Source: an uncultured delta proteobacterium
Lineage (GTDB): Bacteria; Desulfobacterota; Zymogenia; Zymogenales; Zymogenaceae
Length of the DNA stretch: 64,000 nucleotides
Reading direction: 5' to 3'
NCBI GenBank assembly: GCA_963792965.1
Contig: CAWBYW010000007.1
Span: 576,001 to 640,000, forward strand
Both the position numbers and the translations under genes were made by a program. Shown here one piece after another: positions 60,911 to 64,000 of the stretch; the first letter of the stretch is position 1, and each line of letters starts with the position of its first letter. The notes under the pieces are model-generated. The model had not been told where the DNA came from. It worked only from the letters and a program-made list of their open reading frames with translations, and searched no databases.

Positions 60911-61055
60911 GCAAAACGCCCGAGGGGGATGACGGTAAAACGGGTAATTCGTCTTTTCCGAGAAGCGGGACTACCTCCTTATTAGAAGGCTCCTTTCGCT
61001 TGCCATCATAAAGGCGATGTGGTATCGTTAGGCACTTCTTATAACAGGTATTACC

Positions 61056-62210
61056 ATGACAAAAAGAATCATCGTTACCGTCCTGAAGGTCCTTGTGACC
61101 GTGCTTATCATCGCAATCCTCGTCCCGACGCTCTTTATCGTCGTCTCGGCCGTCAGGCCCAACCGATCGGTCGTCGACCGGGACCTCAACGTCGAGGTAT
61201 GGCCGGCCATAGCTGACGGGAGGCATAACTCCAACACCGATCTGATCTACTGGAACAACGCCTTCTGGCTCATCCAGGCGTCGGCCCCGTGGCACTTCGC
61301 CTCCACGGAGACGAAGCTCGTCCTGTGGCGCTCAAAGGACGCGCACACATGGGAGAAGGTCACGGAGTTTCATAACCCCGGGCAGGATATCAGGGACCCG
61401 AAGTTTGCCGTCATCGGGGGCCGTCTCTTCCTCTATGTCCTCAAGAATACCGCATTTGACGCCGAGCCCTACGGTACCGCGGCGGCCACAAGCCCGGATG
61501 GAAAGACCTGGAGTGCGCTTGTCGATATGAAACCCGCCGGCTGGCTTTTCTGGCGGCCCGAGTCTCCCGACGGCGGCAAAACCTGGTACGTCCCCGCCTA
61601 CTGGCACGAGCACGGAAAATCGATCATCCTGAAATCCGGCAACGGGCTTGACTGGGAGGTATCCTCTATCGTCCATTCGGGCGACGTGAACGACGAAACC
61701 GCCATAGTCTTCCTGCCGGACGGCAGGATGCTGGCGACGGCGCGTCTGGAAGTGGCCGGTTACTTTTTCGGCGACAACCGGGGCAACACCCTGATAGCGA
61801 CCGCCCGCCCCCCCTTCATGACCTGGAATTACGCCAACAGCACCGTCACGCGGCTGGACGGCCCGGCCCTCTTCCTCTACAACGGCCGTGTCTATGCCGT
61901 CGGGCGTTATCAGCCCGGGAAAAAGCCGCCCGGCTTCGAGACCGGCAGCATCCTTTCCAAGAAAAGGACCTCCCTCTTTCTCGTCGAAGAGGATCGACTC
62001 GTCTGGCTCTCTGACCTCCCGAGCGACGGCGATACCTCGTACGCCGGCGTCGTGACGAGGGGAGACGATCTGTACATCTCCTACTATACCAGCCCCGTCA
62101 AGAGAGACTACCCCTGGATCATGGGGATGCTGAGCCCGTCCAACATCATGATGGCTCAGGTGAGCCTGACTAAGCTCGAGGCGCTCGCCGTTAAAAAGGG
62201 AAAGGAATAG
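61056..62210 (+). CDS. Membrane-anchored BNR/sialidase-like beta-propeller protein
   Basis: N-terminal TM; Asp-box-like SKDAHTW, SPDGKTW and SGNGLDW; DIRDPK. Confidence 0.7.
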   Translation: MTKRIIVTVLKVLVTVLIIAILVPTLFIVVSAVRPNRSVVDRDLNVEVWPAIADGRHNSNTDLIYWNNAFWLIQASAPWHFASTETKLVLWRSKDAHTWEKVTEFHNPGQDIRDPKFAVIGGRLFLYVLKNTAFDAEPYGTAAATSPDGKTWSALVDMKPAGWLFWRPESPDGGKTWYVPAYWHEHGKSIILKSGNGLDWEVSSIVHSGDVNDETAIVFLPDGRMLATARLEVAGYFFGDNRGNTLIATARPPFMTWNYANSTVTRLDGPALFLYNGRVYAVGRYQPGKKPPGFETGSILSKKRTSLFLVEEDRLVWLSDLPSDGDTSYAGVVTRGDDLYISYYTSPVKRDYPWIMGMLSPSNIMMAQVSLTKLEALAVKKGKE

Positions 62211-62294
62211 GCGGCGTCCGCACCGGTAGGACGGGAGAATCGGCCGGACGATTTGGACCGCACTGGAAAGGGTGACTGAGGCAGGCACCGGGCC

Positions 62295-63716
62295 TCAGGA
62301 TGTCGATTCCTCCAAGAGGCGGTCAAGGAGACCGATCGTATCGGCGATGTCGCGCTCGGTGGTGCGCGGGTTGATCGTACACATCCTGAGCACCACCCTC
62401 CCCGAAAGGACCGTCGAGCTCACGAAGGCGTACCCGTCGAGGACCAGCCGATCCACAATCCCCCGGTGTATCGAGTCGATCTCTTCCGAGGGACGGCCAG
62501 GGAGGAGGGCTCGGAAGGTGACGATCCCCAGCTGAGCCGGGGTGACAACCCTCCAACGGCGAGAGGCGCCGATGATCGTTTCGGCGATCCGGGCGTTTTC
62601 GATCCCGGCGGCGACGGCCTCGCGAAAGGCGCTCAGGCCGAATACCTTGATCGACATCCAGAGCTTGAGCGCCCGAAAGCTCCGGGAAAGTTGGATACCG
62701 AAGTCACAGAAATTTACCTCGGTCCCCGTTCTCTCGACGTCTTTCATGTATTCCGGGAGGATGTGAAAGGCGTTCCTGAGGAGCGTCCGATCCCGCACCA
62801 GGACACAGCCGATCTCGAAGGGACAGAAGAGCCACTTGTGGGGATCGATAACCAACGAATCGGAGCAGGAAAGGCCCGAGAGGGCGGCCTTCCCCTCCTC
62901 CGTGAGTACCGCCGCGGCCCCATAGGCACCGTCGACATGGAGCCACATCCCGCAGTCCCTCGTGATCGCGGACAGTTCCTTGAGTGGATCCACCGCCCCG
63001 GTGTTGGTAGTGCCGGCGTTGGCCACCACACAGAAGGGGCGCCTACCCGCCGCCCGATCCCGTTCGATCTCTGCCGAGAGGAGCTCGGGGACGAGCCGGT
63101 AGTCTTTGTCTGCGGGGAGCTTCCTGATCTGGCGGGGGGCAAATCCCAGGACCCAGAGCGCCCGCTCCACCGACGAGTGGGTCTGATCGGAAAAATAGAC
63201 CACACCGTCGGTGAGGTCGTGTCCGAGGATCGTGTTCCGGGCGACCGCAAGCCCGGTTAGGTTCGCCATCGATCCCCCGCTGACGAAGAGCCCGCCCGCC
63301 CCCTCGGGCATCCCGCAGATCTGCCGGAGCCAACTAATGGTCACGAGCTCGATTTGGGCTGCCCCCGAGCCCTCAAGCCAAGTACTGGCAAAGACGTTGA
63401 AGCCCGATGACAGGGCGTCGGCCATTGCCCCGACGAAGTTCCCCGGCCCGGGGATGAAGGCGAAGTAGCGGGGATGGTCAACGTGCATAATCGCGCCCAG
63501 TACGTCGCGCTCGACCGTTCGGAGGATCTCGGCGATATCCCCGCCTTCTTCGGGGATCGGCTCGATGTCGATATCCCCGGACCACCCCTCTCCCAACCTG
63601 CGGGAGACCGGCTTCTTGCTCAGGGTCTCGACGTGATCGACGATCATATCCACGACCCGGTACCCGAGATCCCTCATCTCGTCGTGCGAGAGCGATAGCG
63701 TCTTTTTCCCAGCCAT
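62295..63716 (-). CDS. Group II PLP-dependent amino-acid decarboxylase
   Basis: HPRYFAF, SGGSMAN, HSSV, AGTTNTGAVD, HVDGAYG and DPHKWL. Confidence 0.92.
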   Translation of the reverse strand: MAGKKTLSLSHDEMRDLGYRVVDMIVDHVETLSKKPVSRRLGEGWSGDIDIEPIPEEGGDIAEILRTVERDVLGAIMHVDHPRYFAFIPGPGNFVGAMADALSSGFNVFASTWLEGSGAAQIELVTISWLRQICGMPEGAGGLFVSGGSMANLTGLAVARNTILGHDLTDGVVYFSDQTHSSVERALWVLGFAPRQIRKLPADKDYRLVPELLSAEIERDRAAGRRPFCVVANAGTTNTGAVDPLKELSAITRDCGMWLHVDGAYGAAAVLTEEGKAALSGLSCSDSLVIDPHKWLFCPFEIGCVLVRDRTLLRNAFHILPEYMKDVERTGTEVNFCDFGIQLSRSFRALKLWMSIKVFGLSAFREAVAAGIENARIAETIIGASRRWRVVTPAQLGIVTFRALLPGRPSEEIDSIHRGIVDRLVLDGYAFVSSTVLSGRVVLRMCTINPRTTERDIADTIGLLDRLLEESTS

Positions 63717-63819
63717 GGGGCCTCCCTTAACGATGACGTGATTACCTAAGAAACTCCGAAAGTCTCAAGATAAGAACTCGGGTCGCCTCTCCCCGCGAGA
63801 CGACATTTCTCCATCGCCC

Positions 63820-64000
63820 TTACCTCTGATTTCCTTTAGTTGGTGAGAATCGACCCTTGCGGGTGATATCGGAAAGTCTCGTATCCGGCTCATGATACCT
63901 CCGGTAAAACCGCGTTGCCGTGGTGTAGGTAAACGCGGCGTCGACTACGGGTATCCGGCACAGGAGATTGAACACGAGATACGCCGCCGCGGTCGAGGTC
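63820..64000 (-). CDS. 3' end of a hypothetical (probably membrane) protein entering from the right edge
   Basis: Open frame ...AAYLVFNLLCRIPVVDAAFTYTTATRFYRRYHEPDTRLSD...QR*, stop at 63820. Confidence 0.5.
   Translation of the reverse strand, partial: TSTAAAYLVFNLLCRIPVVDAAFTYTTATRFYRRYHEPDTRLSDITRKGRFSPTKGNQR

Noticed and set aside
6228-63260. Long antisense or overlapping ORFs (e.g. 6228..7220, 14387..15421, 33981..34997, 36494..37516, 55805..56857)
   Set aside because: These are shadow frames of GC-rich genes, with no motifs or RBS support.

Overview
64 kb of GC-rich bacterial chromosome. The gene content (mreBCD-mrdA-rodA, many acyl-CoA ligases, V4R proteins, URO-D-family proteins) suggests an anaerobic deltaproteobacterium-like organism (inference only). 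About a dozen conserved genes, mostly at 0-19 kb and 59-61 kb, are broken by single-base frameshifts. This is most simply long-read consensus error, so split ORFs are merged below. From left to right the window holds: a multi-PAS sensor kinase; two URO-D/MtaA-like paralogues with a nucleoside hydrolase, a PfkB kinase and an ECF S component; UvrD/PcrA; PepA; a FadD-like ligase; two nitronate-monooxygenase/FabK-like paralogues; a repeat-rich accessory zone (19-35 kb); a TetR-controlled catabolic cluster with a BKACE enzyme and an Ltp3/Ltp4-like aldolase plus DUF35 proteins; the Rod operon with archease-rtcB attached to its 3' end; two HhH-GPD glycosylases; and a PLP decarboxylase. Best leads: (1) an AT-rich two-gene island (PD-(D/E)xK-like plus DUF3644 with an Rx4H HEPN-type motif); (2) four interleaved families of short palindromic repeats, one of which punctuates small accessory genes like cassette borders; (3) two membrane-anchored Zn-ribbon proteins with ribosomal L7/L12-CTD-like domains; (4) a membrane-spanning metallophosphoesterase-methyltransferase fusion; (5) RNA-repair genes abutting rodA. 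No rRNA, tRNA, CRISPR array, transposase or integrase was recognised. All calls are by eye; no searches were run.
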